Shown piece after piece: positions 1 to 53,334 of a stretch of DNA of 64,000 nucleotides. Location of the stretch: assembly GCF_009914755.1 (NCBI RefSeq), contig NC_060931.1; one strand, 5' to 3'. Source of the stretch: the human T2T-CHM13v2.0 reference genome, Homo sapiens. The position numbers and the translations under genes were made by a program. The stretch's first letter is position 1. Every line of letters begins with the position of its first letter. The notes beneath the pieces were generated by a model that had not been told where the DNA came from, made no database searches, and saw nothing but the letters and a program-made list of their open reading frames with translations.

Positions 1-84
1 CCCTGGAAAGGTGCCAGGTGGAGCTGGAGGTTGAAGCAAGTTTCAGGGCATTGACAGGAAGAGAGTGAGGGAAGCCCTGGGTAG

Positions 85-310
85 CACTAAGAGCATGGCT
101 ATAATGGGTGTTATGAGCCCAAACTCCTGTTCAGATCCTTTCCGGAAATTACTATTGGTGTGACTTTGGGAAAGTCACTCGACCCCTCTGAGCCTCTCAG
201 TTTCTTTACCTGAAAAATGGAGGTATGTCTACTACCTTTAATATTGTCATAAAGATTAAATGAAATATATTTGGCATGAAATCGTCACCACCATCATTAT
301 CTTCAGTGGT
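85..310 (+). mobile_element. MIR SINE
   Basis: tgtgactttgggaaagtcact...ctctgagcctc...tttctttacctgaaaaatgg core. Confidence 0.7.
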
Positions 311-974
311 GGCCAAGTGTCTCTAGGGAAGACAGGAGTGCAATGTGGATGGAAAGGTTTGGGGAGTTCCCAGACCACCCAAATCTGTGAGCAGGATGGC
401 ACTGAGAAATGCAGAACATGCCCTGGGGATGGGGGCAATTTTCTACAGTCTGGAGGATGTCTTTCAATCCTGGCTTCTGTGCAGAGCTGAGCAGTGTCCA
501 GGGGTGGACGGTCCCCAGCCAAGCATGAGGAGGCCCCTTTGTGGGAGCCAACACCATACAGGGGGACAAGTTCAGATGTCAGGGCCCCATCAGAAGTGGG
601 GGGCACAGAGTTTAAACCACCACTGAAAATAGGCAAGGGGACCCTTGTTGGAAGGAGTTTGCTGGGCATGAGAGAGGCCACCAGTGAGAGTAGGGGCAAC
701 CCTGACCTTCAGGGTCAAACCACATAAGGCAGGATTGCCCTGCAGCTTTTGGTTTTGGTGTCTGGCCAATTGCCAGTAGTCAGTGATGGAAGATGCCATT
801 TCCCAAGTACTCTGCTGACTTCTATTGCGACAAATTATTTAATTAAATTATTATTGTTGGGAGGGCATTAGGGACTCGAGTTTTACTGAGCTAAGGAGTG
901 AGTGCAGTGGGTGGGGGATAATGAAAGAAGTCAGATTGGAAGGAGGGTCACGGAAAACAAACGTCCTTGACAAA

Positions 975-1045
975 GGTGGGCGGGGCTCATGCAAATGAGA
1001 CAGTCTAGGGAGCATTTCCTGCTACTTCCTGCTTTCTGGAAACTG
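975..1045. promoter_or_regulatory. Enhancer-like motif cluster (GC box, octamer, two ETS sites, STAT-like site)
   Basis: GGGCGGGG 978-985, ATGCAAAT 989-996, CATTTCCTG 1013-1021, ACTTCCTG 1024-1031, TTTCTGGAAA 1033-1042. Confidence 0.4.
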
Positions 1046-2153
1046 CTTAGAAGGCTGAGTAGCTGAGGTTGACCTGAGAGCTTGGTTTTGCCCCAGAAAC
1101 ACACAGACAGCAGAAAGGAGACGGCAGAGGTTCAGGGGTAGCCAGGCCACCGGGCCACTGCAGGCCAGGAGTGCAGGCGCAGCCTGCGATAGCAAGGATA
1201 AGCTTCAAAGGCAAAGGTGAGGCCCTGTCCTAGGCACCCTGGGGCCTTGCTCTTGCTTCCCAGGGGTGTCCCCTGCTTCTGCCTTTATCCCTCCAGGAAG
1301 GTAGGGATGGAGGGAGGCACCCTCTTTTTCTCAAATCTGTGTGCCTGGGTGGCCAGGCTGGGCTTGGTAATGTGGAAAACTTGGGTCTGCAAGGGCAGTG
1401 AAGTTCGAAGGCCTGCTAAAGAGAGCAGCAGGAAAAGAGATGGTTCACCGACTCCCTCCTTCCAGGTGGCCTGGGGACGAGGAAGAAGGGAGAGAGATAA
1501 AAGGCCATGGAAGGGATTTCTCACCTGCTTCTGTTTTCCTGAGCTCTGGGGTCAAACCACATAAGGCAGGCTTCGCTTGGTGCTTTTGGTTCTGGGAGTG
1601 CCTAATATAGTGTCTGCTTAGCCGGCCGAATTCCGATCCACAGTCAGTGATGGAGGACGCAGTGTCTTGCTGACTTTCATCATGATGAATTATTTACTTA
1701 AAGGATCAATGCTCAGGGTGAGGCGCACTAAGGAGGACTCCAGTGATGAGGAGTGAGTGCGATTGGCTGGGGTTGTGGCTGCACCAGCATCAGCTACTTT
1801 GGACACAGCCAGAGAAGAGTGACAGGCTCCAGCCCCAGGCCTGCTGTGTATTGTGTGGTAGTCTCTTTGCTCTGAGTTCTGAGATACCTGGAAGTGGCAT
1901 TTTAAAATAGAAATTCCAGAGATGGCTTTACCTCTTGGCAAATGGGCACCATACCTGTTCTATGCATGAAGGGTTCCTATGAATTTTCTGGACTATAAAT
2001 CTCCCCCATTCTCTGGACTCTAAAAGCCCAAGGACAGAATCAGGAACACAAGGACTAGGCCGTCGATACCACCAGACTTGCTGAGTGATGGGGGGCAATT
2101 CCCCAGGCCTCCAGTTTCCTTCATGATATCCAGCAAGGAGAATTTTTCCCGGG

Positions 2154-2321
2154 GCAGTGGTCCTCACACGTAGATACCTGGAAGAATCACCCGTGGGACT
2201 TCCTGACCTGTGGATTCCTAAGCCCTAACCCAGAGTCTGATGAAGAAACATTGACTAGGCCTGGCCTGTGGCCCAGTTGAATTGGTGGCCATGCTCTGAG
2301 GCTCATACTTTGAGAAATACT
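2154..2321. mobile_element. MER5-type hAT MITE
   Basis: cagtggtcctca...gaatcacc...actttgagaaatactg termini. Confidence 0.55.
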
Positions 2322-2375
2322 GATGTGGAGGGAGTTGGTTAAAACAGGGTGCTGCCGTGTGTGTGTGTGTGTTAC

Positions 2376-2500
2376 ATATTTTCTTTACAGAAATGAGGTC
2401 TCGCTATCTTGCCTAGGCTGTCCTCAAACTCCTAGGCTCAAGCGATCCTCCCACCTCAGCCTCCCAAGTAGCTGGGAACGTACCGTCATGCCCAGTTTGA
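2376..2500 (-). mobile_element. Partial AluJ/monomer next to a (GT)n run
   Basis: ctcaagcgatcctcccacctcagcctcccaagtagctgg. Confidence 0.8.
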
Positions 2501-3550
2501 GCCTACCATAAATAATACTAAAGACGATATAGACGGGGCTGACTAAAATGTCAAGAACTGTGGTGGTTTATTTACTTGGAATTTTGGTGTGGCTTTCAAT
2601 GGCTAGGTAAGGGATTCTTTCAGTAGCAAGGATGATAGCTACCTGGCCCTATGTCAGAGATCAGCCAGGCAGCTGAAAAAGTTTAGGATTGAAGCTGACA
2701 GACAGATAACAGCAGGGGAACTATTGTTACTGTGGCTATTTTATTAAAAGTCTTAAGTCCTTGGCTTCACTTTCCTAATGGAGCTGGCAGTGAGGATTTT
2801 TTCACTAATCTAATTACCAAACAAGACTGATGTTGGGTAAATCCTTACTATTTACAGAACTGGTAAGCAACTGCAGCTCTAGGAATTTCTCTGAAGTTTT
2901 CTTCTGAATTTTTCTGAACAGCATTGATCATCATTTACTTATCTAAGAAGACCAAATTGCAGAGAAGTTGGAAATCAGATCTTTTCATTCTTATCTCCTA
3001 GAGGGGTCTCATAGGTCTCCTGGCAAGAAGCAGTCAGACTCTGAGTGGTTTTGGCATTGAGGTTCTTGGGTGGAAGATGTGCTGCCAGCTAGGAGCAGTG
3101 AAAGCATAAGAGGATGAAAACTTCTAGGAGCCAGCCTCAGCCTCGGTCCCCACCATTGGCAGCTTCCAGATGGCTTCTGCAGGCTGTGGAGGCAAAGGCC
3201 TTCATTCTCATCCTCAACATTTAGTATGTTCATGTTCTTGTAGAATTGTCTCAGATAAAGCCACTCACATATCTAACTCCTAAAAACCTCAGAAGTTTGC
3301 CTAACAGCCCTCGGAAGGAACCTCAGTTTATAGGAGGTCTGTGTACCTGGAGGAGGGTGGGCTGGGATGAGAGGGAGTCAGACCTCTGCAATTTCCAGTA
3401 TTTTATTTGAAGACAGTCCAGAGGCTTAAAGGGTCTGAAGGATGCATTATTACTGGGAATCCAGGGTCTGGTGAAAGCTAGAAAGCTGTTATCTAAGCAA
3501 AGGGGAGTTTAAGATTAGAAACTGAATTTCCCAGCCTTGCCTGTGCTCTA

Positions 3551-4064
<514 letters not shown>

Positions 4065-4555
4065 TCATCTCTCACACAGATATTACTTCAAATGGACACA
4101 ATGAAATATTACTCAAAATATTTCTCGACTGAAAACTGGAAATATACAGAATATGTATATTGTTTTTAAGGCCAAATCATCTCAAGGAATTTTATGACAG
4201 ATTTGTCAGTGTGAAATTTACATTGGATGGAGGAGGAAACCTTTTAGAATAGGCCTACAGGAGACTTCGGTAACTCCCTTTCTTGGGTTCTTTAAAATAT
4301 ATACATCTTTCCTACAACACTTACACTTGCTTGAAATCAGAGTTTAGGTTAGGATTTAGCTGCAAGTGTCAACTTGCAAGATTAAACATTTTAGGGGACC
4401 TCCAGTCAAAGATAAACTGCTGGAAGGGAGAAGAGCGGGAGAAGGGAAAAATAAAAGAGCCAGTGCTCCCTCTAGTGGGGAATTGTGGAGAAGCATGCAG
4501 AGATTCTTGGTGCCCTTGATGCTCAAAAGCTGGAGGATGTTCTCTGCTTGCTAAT

Positions 4556-4879
4556 TTTTGTTTTTTCTTTTATTTTCTTTTTTTTTTTTTGAGACAGAGT
4601 CTCACTCTGTTGCCCAGGCTGGAGTGCAGTGGTGGGCAATCTCAGCTCACTGCAACCTCAGCCTCTTGGGTTCAAGCGATTCTCCTCCTGCCTTAACCTT
4701 CCGAGTAGCTGGGATTATAGGCGCATGCCACCACCCGGCTAATTTTTGTATTTTTAGTAGAGACGGGGTTTCACCATATTGGCCAGGCTGGTCTTGAACT
4801 CCTGACCTCAAGTGATCCATCCACCTGCCTCGGCCTCCCAAAGTGCTAAGATTACAGGCGTGAACCACAGTGCCCAGCC
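4556..4879 (-). mobile_element. Alu (AluS)
   Basis: Dimeric Alu, T-rich tail on +. Confidence 0.92.
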
Positions 4880-6177
4880 TCTGCTTATTAAAGTCTAATT
4901 GCTGACTAGAACACTCCAACTGTCTCACCAAAGAGCAAATTAGAGCTCCAACACAAATGAGTGACAAAAAGAATTACTGTCTTCTTCCATTCAGGAGTGT
5001 CAGTTGATGTGTAGGACCATATTTTAATGAAGATGTAACAGTAATTAAGTAGGAAAGTACTCCTAATATAATAGAGGTATTTTTAAATGGCAAGAGAACA
5101 AAATATCTGGTTTATCTAAATGTGGATATTTACACCTTAGGTCATTACATATTAAGAATTTGAATCTATATGGTGACAGGATTTTTTCAGGTTTATCTCA
5201 CCCCGATGTTGGGGGAAAAAAATCTCCAGAACTCCATAGTCTCTTGAAATGATTGTCCACTGAAGTTCCACGTATTCATAAAGTGCTCCCACAACTTGCT
5301 GACAAGCATAGGTATTTTACATCCTGCCATGAGTTTCAAGACATTAACTCCTTTAGCTATCAAAAATGGATAAAAACCACAGGTGACTGACAAGACTTTC
5401 ACAAGTGCAGACAAAGGTTTGGATTCAAAGCCTGGTCATATGGTTTGGCTGTGTCCCCACCCAAATCTCATCTTGAATTCCCACATGTTGCAGGAGGGAA
5501 TCAGTGGGAGGTAATTGAATCATGGGGGCAGGTCTTTCCCATGCTGTTCTCGTGACAGTGAATAAGTCTTATGAGATTTGATGGTTTCATAAGGGGGAGT
5601 TTCCCTGCACAAGCTCTCTTCTCTTGTCTGCTGCCATGTGAGACATGCCTTTCACCTTCTGCCATGACTGTGAGGCCTCCCCAGCCATGTAAAACTGTAA
5701 GTCCAATAAACCTCTTTCTTCTGTAAATTGCCCAGTCTCGGGTATGTCTTTATCAGCAATGTGAAAACTGACTAATATAGTAAATTGGTCCCAGCAGTGG
5801 GGTGCTGCTGAAAAGATACCCAAAAAATTGAAAGTGACTTTGGAAGTGGGTAATAGGCAGGGATTGGAACAGTTTGGAGGCTTCAGAAGAAGACAGGAAA
5901 ATGTGGGAAAGTTTGGAACTCCCCAGAGACTTGTCGAATGGCTTTGACCAAAATGCTGATAATGATATGGACAATGAAATCCAGGTTGAGGTGGTCTCAG
6001 ATGGAATTGAGGAACTTGTTGGGAACTGGAGCAAAGGTGACTCTTGTTATGTTTTAGCAAAGAGAGGGACAGGATTTTGCCCCTACCCTAGAGATTTGTG
6101 GAGCTTTGAACTTGAGAGAGATGATTTAGGGTATTTGCTGGAAGAAATTTCTAAGCAGCAAAGCATTGGAGAAGTGA

Positions 6178-6487
<310 letters not shown>

Positions 6488-7879
6488 ACAGCATTCAGTT
6501 TTAAATGGGAAGCAGAGCATAAAAGTTTGGGAAGCTTGCAGCCTGACAATGTGATAGAAAAGAAAATCCCATTTTCTGAGGAGAAATTCAGGCTGGCTGC
6601 AGAAATTTGCGTAACGAGGAGCTGCATGTTAATCACCAAGACAATAGGGAAAATGTCTCCAGGACATGTCAGAGACCTTTGTGGCAGTCCCTCCCATAAC
6701 AGGCCCTCAGGTTTAGGAGGAAAAAATGGTTTCATGGGCTGGGCCCAGGGTCCCTGTGCTGTATGCAGTCTAGGGACTTGATGCCCTGCATCTCAGCTGC
6801 TCCAGCGATGACTAAAAGGGGCCAAGGCACAGCTTGGGCTATTGCTTCAGATGGTGGAAGCCCCAAGCCTTGGCAGCTTCTATGTTGTGTGGATTCAAAG
6901 CCTGGTCATATGGTTTGGCTGTGTCCCCACCCAGATCTCATCTTGAATTCCCACATGTTCAAGAATTGAGGTTAGGGAACCTCTGCGTAGATTTCAGAGG
7001 ATGTATGAAAATGCCTGGATGCCCAGGCAGAAGTTTGCTGCAGGGGCAGGTCCCTCATGGAGAACCTCTGCTAGGGCAGTGCAGAAGGCAAATGTGGGGT
7101 GGGAGCCTCAACAGAGTCCCTACCGGGTCACCACCTAGTGGAGCTGTAAGAAGAGGGCTACCGTCCTCCAGACTCCAGAATGGTAGATCCACCGATAGCT
7201 TGCACATGGAGAAGCCACAGACATTCAACGCCAGCTAGTGAAAGCAGCCAGATGGGGGACCGCAAAGCCACAGGGGTGAAACTACCCAAGGCCATGGGAG
7301 CCCATCTCGTGCATCAATGTGACCTCGGTGTGAGACATGGAGTCAAGGGAGACAATTTTGGAGATTTAAGATTTGACTGCCCACTAGATTTCAGACTTGC
7401 ATGGGGCCTGTCACCCCTTTGTTTTGGCCAATTTCTCCCATTTGGAATGGCTGTATTTACCCAATGCCTGTATCTCCATTGCATCTAGGAAGTAACTAAC
7501 TTGATTTTGATTTTACAGGCTCATAGGAGGAAGGGACTTGCCTTGTCTCGGATGAGACTTTGGACTGTGGACTTTTGAGTTAATGCTGAAATAAGACTTT
7601 GGGGGACTACTGGGAAGGCATGATTGGTTTTGAAATGTGAGGACATGCGATTTGGGAGAGGCCAGGGCGGAATGATATTGTTTGGATGGGTCTCCACCCA
7701 AATCTCATCTTGAATTCTCACGTGTTGTGGGAGGGACTTGGTGGGAGGTAATTGAATCATGGGGGCAGGTCTTTTCCATGCTGTTCTCGTGGTAGTGAAT
7801 AAGTCTCACGAGATCTGATGGTTTTATAAGGGGGAGTTTCCCTGCACAAACTCTCTTCTCTTGTCTGCTGCCATGTGAG

Positions 7880-7933
7880 ACGGGCTTTTCACCTTCACCT
7901 TTCACCACGGGCTTTTCACCTTCACCTTTCACC
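7880..7933. repeat. 27-bp perfect tandem duplication in the THE1 3' LTR
   Basis: acgggcttttcaccttcacctttcacc x2. Confidence 0.9.
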
Positions 7934-8254
7934 ATGATTGTGAGGCCTCCCCAGCCACGTGGAACTGTAAGTACAATAAACTTCTTTCTTTTGGAAATTG
8001 CCCAGTCTCAGGTATGTCTTTATCAGCAGCATGAAAACTATTATACCTGGTTACTTGCCCCTGATGGGTGAGGGCACCACACTCTTCTCTCCATCCTGGC
8101 TTCATGCTCATCTTCTTAAAGATACAGTGTTGGCTCCCATGGGCATCTGCAGGAGGTCTCAGGGGATCTCCCACAGGCCTATGATGACCCAGGCAACTGC
8201 ATTCCTGGTCTACTACTTCCCCTGGGAAGGTGCTTTTATTCCAAACATAAGCCT

Positions 8255-8304
8255 TGCAAAAAGCAGTAATAAAATCCTGTGCAAAAAGCAGTAATAAAAT
8301 CCTG
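8255..8304. repeat. 25-bp perfect tandem duplication
   Basis: tgcaaaaagcagtaataaaatcctg x2. Confidence 0.9.
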
Positions 8305-8486
8305 TGAACAATCACCATTTAGCAAATTATCTTCCCCTCTGCTTCAAACACACAGGCAGGCCCACTGACCAGAGTGTACATTTTTTCTGTAGCACTTTTT
8401 GGTCAAGGGAATGTGGCTGTGCCATAACCTTCTTCTGTGCTTCTTCTCTTCTCTTCTCTTATTCACCAGAGGATCTCTGGTAATCA

Positions 8487-8854
<368 letters not shown>

Positions 8855-8867
8855 AAAATTGTCCCTC

Positions 8868-9231
8868 TGATATGGTTTGGCTGTGTCCCCACCCAAATCT
8901 CATCTTGAATTGTAGCTCCCAAGATTCCCACGTGTCATGGGAGGGACCTGGTGCGAGGTAATTACGTCATGGGGGCAAGTCTTTCCTATGCTGTTCTTAT
9001 GACAGTGAATAAGTCTCATGAGATCTGATGGTTTTATAAAGGGGAGTTCCCCTGCACATGCTCTCTTGCCTGCCGCCATGTAAGACATCACTTTGCTCTT
9101 CCTTCATCTTCCACCATGATTGTGAGGCCTCTCCTGCCATGTGGAACTATGAGTCCATTAAACCTCTTTCCTTTATAAATTACCCAGTTTCGAGTATGTC
9201 TTTATTAGCAGCATGAGAATAGACTAATGCA
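8868..9231 (+). mobile_element. Solo THE1-family LTR
   Basis: tgatatggtttggctgtgtcccc...gactaatgca; TSD-like ccctc/acctc. Confidence 0.9.
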
Positions 9232-9469
9232 ACCTCTCTCCTTTTCCTTTCTCCATATGTCCCATGAGAGTATAAGCTAAAATAATTAGGGAAAAGGTGA
9301 AGTGTGGTAAATATAATATTTTTCTAAGAAGTAACGGCACTAGAAGACAAGCATGATTAATGTCCTTTTGACAATTATCACAAAATAAAAAACAAGAAAC
9401 ACCACAATACAAATATAATTGGGTTTTCAAAGAAACCAAGTTACATGCATACATAGCCACACACTTCAT

Positions 9470-12007
9470 CTGAGAACCTTGGCACCGTTTCTTTTTATTA
9501 TAGCTAGACACAAGATGCCCAAAGATATACAAAACAAACAATACAAATTTTAAACACTTTTACAAAGGTGACAATATAAAGAAATGAAGACTATGGATTT
9601 ATGTTTGCAAACATTAATTTCCTTTGAATACTGTCTGGTGTTAAAACCTAACAGTTTACCAGAATTTGTATTTGACACAACTATTTTTAAAATTATAGTG
9701 GACAAAACTAATGAAATTCTAATCATCAATAGCCTATGACAAATAACTATTATAATTAAAATTAATACAATCTTCAACTATTCTCCTAAGTACTGTTGCT
9801 ATAATTTTCTGTTTATTAAAACTTTTTATTTTAGGGAAAAAAACTGACCTTACTGCTATTCCTGGAAAAAGAATTAATAAACTTTCATTAAATATTCAAT
9901 CTCAACTTTTAAAACTTAAAGCTCTTTATTTCTGCTAATCTGAAACTACTTTTGGTTCACTGCTAACTTTTAAAATATCTTAATCAATGTGATTTAAGGT
10001 CATTTTGTCTGCAGAGTGCTCATGTTTTTCATCCTTATACCAAAGCAGTAAGGCAAAAAAGCAGTTCCTTTTCCAAATCAGACAAAGAGAAAATTTCATC
10101 CATTTTAAAAGTCAGGAACTAGAACTGCTGCAAATGATCCGACCAACAGGAAATTAAGGCTGCTGTGATTTTCCTTTATATTTAAATCATAAAGTAAGAT
10201 TAGCAGTGCTATTCCCTGTGAAAGTTGAATTTATAACCTTTGGGCTTGAATCACAGGACATAAATATTGCCATTTCTGTTTATACTTCTAAGACACTGTT
10301 TTCACAATCACTTTTGATAAGTTTTTAGATGCAATTAGAAAACACTACACAATGCTGAGAAAGTGCACAACTCTGCTACAACGAGATACATGCTAGAGGT
10401 GTAAGAGCAGATTCTAGTGTTTGGTGAGCATTGGCACAGTCTGCCCCAGCCTGGCACACAGATGTACAGGATACACACTACCCAGCATGGCACGTAGTTG
10501 GGGAGCAGGGGCTAAGGCCTTTCAATGCTCCAAAGTGTCTGGCCCTTTACTGCTAAAAGCAAGATTCATGGTTTTGCAAGAACCTTTGGGCACCAGCTAG
10601 AGTATATCCTGTTTGCTGCAACATTCTTCTTTGAGGCAAGTCCTTCTAGATATGTGAAAGAGAAAAATCATGTAACCTCTCCTATAAAAGATTTCCCAAA
10701 ATCATTTTCTAGCATGAATGTGAACCAGGCTTCACAGTATATATCTACCAGTATTAGCACCATTATTTAAGCCTGCACTGAGGTAAAGATAAACTCTCAG
10801 ACAGCTTTGGGTAGAAATTCCAGCAGCAATCTTGAGTGGGGTGTTTACAGCAGCATTCTTTCTGATCATTAAGTTGTATGAAGAACCATTTGAATCCAGG
10901 TATATATATACAAGTATATACTGAAGCTGATGATAAAATACAAAGCTAGGCTAGCAGGAGAAATACAGCAAAACAGAACTCTCATTTTAAAATTTAAACT
11001 ATGTCATTACTGGGTTGATGAAGTCAAAGATTTGATAAAATATACTGAACCAATAGCACAAAGCTGGCTTTATAAACCATCAATACCCAGAAATTTCTTT
11101 TTTCAGAGCATGGTCAAGTTTACTGCAGGTGCTACCCATCAACATCCAGAACCTACGTTTAACCAGGTCAGTCTATTTGTCCTCTGCTTGTTACATATTC
11201 TGTTTCATAAAAAAGGTGAGTAGCCCTTCCCCAATTATTTTGTATTTGTGTAGGAAAACCTCTCTGGAATTTGTACTTATTTTTATAAAGGATGCAGTGG
11301 AAAAGACGTTAAAACTCTGTAAAAAATTTAAAAGGGTACAATATGTTTCAGCAAATGAAAACATAGTTAAGAGATAACCGGACAAAAAGAGGTGATTCTC
11401 TAATTTAGTTCCTATAAGCTGATAAGGTGAAACAATAATGTTAAAATAAAACACTTAATGAAAAATTTTCAAATTGCTTTTCCTCTCCCTTTAAAATCCC
11501 TCAACATATAAAAGAAATAAGAAAGCTGAGATATATAGCTAGCTTTTTGGAGCAACACAAAACTAATTTTTCAAAGGAGAATAATTACCATTATTTATCA
11601 AATAAAATATAACTTTGGAGTCTGAACAGCAATGGAATTCAGCCAGTCTCCAGTTGGAGCTGACCTCCATATTTAGGCAGAAGCACTAGGCCAGTGCTTA
11701 CTGCTCAGGCAGAAATTTATCATGCAATTTGACCAAGAGTCTTCAAAAATGCTCAGCAGTAGTATTTTCATCTGACTCTGTCGAGATTCAGAAAATAGGA
11801 ATAACTTCCCCCTGCAGCCTATAGAAACATTTTAGGGAAATAGTTTAAGATCTGTACTTAACCTAAAAATTCCGCTGAATACTGAAGACCCTTCTTCAGA
11901 AAACACAAGTAGTCTTTCTTCTTTTATAAATCTTCTGGTGCTAACTGCACCTAACTGGTAATATACATGGAGGCATAGCTTAGCTATGTTTGCCAGAACG
12001 CTAATTA
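9470..12007 (-). other. MATCAP2: MATCAP2 3' UTR (about 2.5 kb, AT-rich, no recognisable repeats)
   Basis: Unique sequence between the stop codon and the AATAAA cluster; the 3' end is inferred. Confidence 0.7.
9494..9499 (-). terminator. Distal polyadenylation signal AATAAA (further candidates at 9812-9817, 9825-9830, 9925-9930)
   Basis: tttatt on the + strand; GU/U-rich sequence downstream on the minus strand (about 9380-9463). Confidence 0.6.
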
Positions 12008-52203
<40,196 letters not shown>

Positions 52204-52490
52204 CGTCGCCCCGAGGCCCGGGGCGGCGGGCTCCGCGGGCTCAGGGGAAAGGGCCGCGCAGGGGCGGGCGGCCTCTAGCCTCTGACCCGGGCCTCGGTGG
52301 CGGGGGCGCGGCGGGAGGCGGCTCTCCGCTACCTGGAGCAGGATAAGGAGGGTAAGGGCGGACGAAGACGTACCGACACTGACTGTGAGCAGCGCTTCCA
52401 CCAGCCCGTAGCTACTGGAAGGTACACACGGCGGCCTTACGGTGCCCAGCAGCGCTTAGAACCTGCCACCGTGACGTAGCCGCTCCGCCG

Positions 52491-52503
52491 GTTGCTAGGA
52501 AAC
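52491..52503. promoter_or_regulatory. RFX X-box-like site GTTGCTAGGAAAC
   Basis: Matches the RFX palindromic consensus GTTGCYNGGNAAC; contains CCTAGCAAC on the minus strand. Confidence 0.6.
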
Positions 52504-52603
52504 TGCCCCCGGGGTCCGCGCGCGCTGCGCTTCACGGAGCCTGCGCGCCGCTGGGGGCGCTCGTGCGACGAAGGCCCGCGGGCGGCGAGAGAGAGTGGGA
52601 GGA

Positions 52604-52623
52604 ACTACAACTCCCGGCGTGCA
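52604..52623 (+). promoter_or_regulatory. ZNF143/THAP11 (SBS) motif ACTACAACTCCCGGCGTGCA
   Basis: Matches the ACTACA-nn-TCCC-...-TGCA promoter motif. Confidence 0.65.
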
Positions 52624-53048
52624 CAGCGCGGGCCAGTGCCTCCGGGGCTTGTGGCTGTGCCCGCGAGCGGCTGGGGTCTCCAGCCAGTGGGCTAACGCAT
52701 ATTGACTGATCTTTCAGAGACGTTTGTACCCGTTCAAAGGTGACTTAACTCCATGGTGCGCTGTGACACTCGGCCCTAGCTGCAAATAGCAAAGCCAGTC
52801 TACCCGTCCTTCCCCTTACGAGGTGCGGGGAAGCTAAAACACGTTTAGGATGAGCTAGTAAGAGTGGAAAGTGCAGGAGGCTCAATGACCACTTGACGGT
52901 ACCTCAGCATACTATCCTTAATGCTGAAATTCACATTTTAGCTTGTGATTGTGCAATTGATAGGGGCTGAATGTTATTTTCAGTTTATTATTCATTTTCA
53001 CATTAGCAAGTATGAAAATTTAATCTTTTACAATAACCATGGGAGGCG

Positions 53049-53334
53049 GGCCACGGTGGCTCATGCCTGTAATCCTCGCACTTTGGGAGACCAAGGCGGG
53101 TGGATCGCTTGAGGCCAGGAGTTGGAGACCAGCCTGGGCCACATGGCGAAAACCCATCTCTACTAAAAACACAAAAAGTGAACAAATCGTGGTGGCACAC
53201 TTCTGTAGTCCCAGCTACTCGGGAGGCCGAGGTGGGAGGATTGCTTGAGTCCGAGAGGTGAGAATGTAGTGAGCCATGATCGCGCCACTGCACTCCAGCC
53301 TGGGTGACAAAGTGAGACTAAAAAAAAAAAAAAA
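53049..53334 (+). mobile_element. Alu (AluJ)
   Basis: Dimeric Alu just upstream of the CpG island. Confidence 0.88.

Noticed and set aside
1682-1880. C/D box snoRNA (RTGATGA at 1682 and 1743)
   Set aside because: No suitably spaced CTGA with a terminal stem, and no evident host intron.
256-2167. Overlapping short ORFs in the first 2 kb
   Set aside because: No recognisable domain or consistent exon structure; expected by chance at this GC content.
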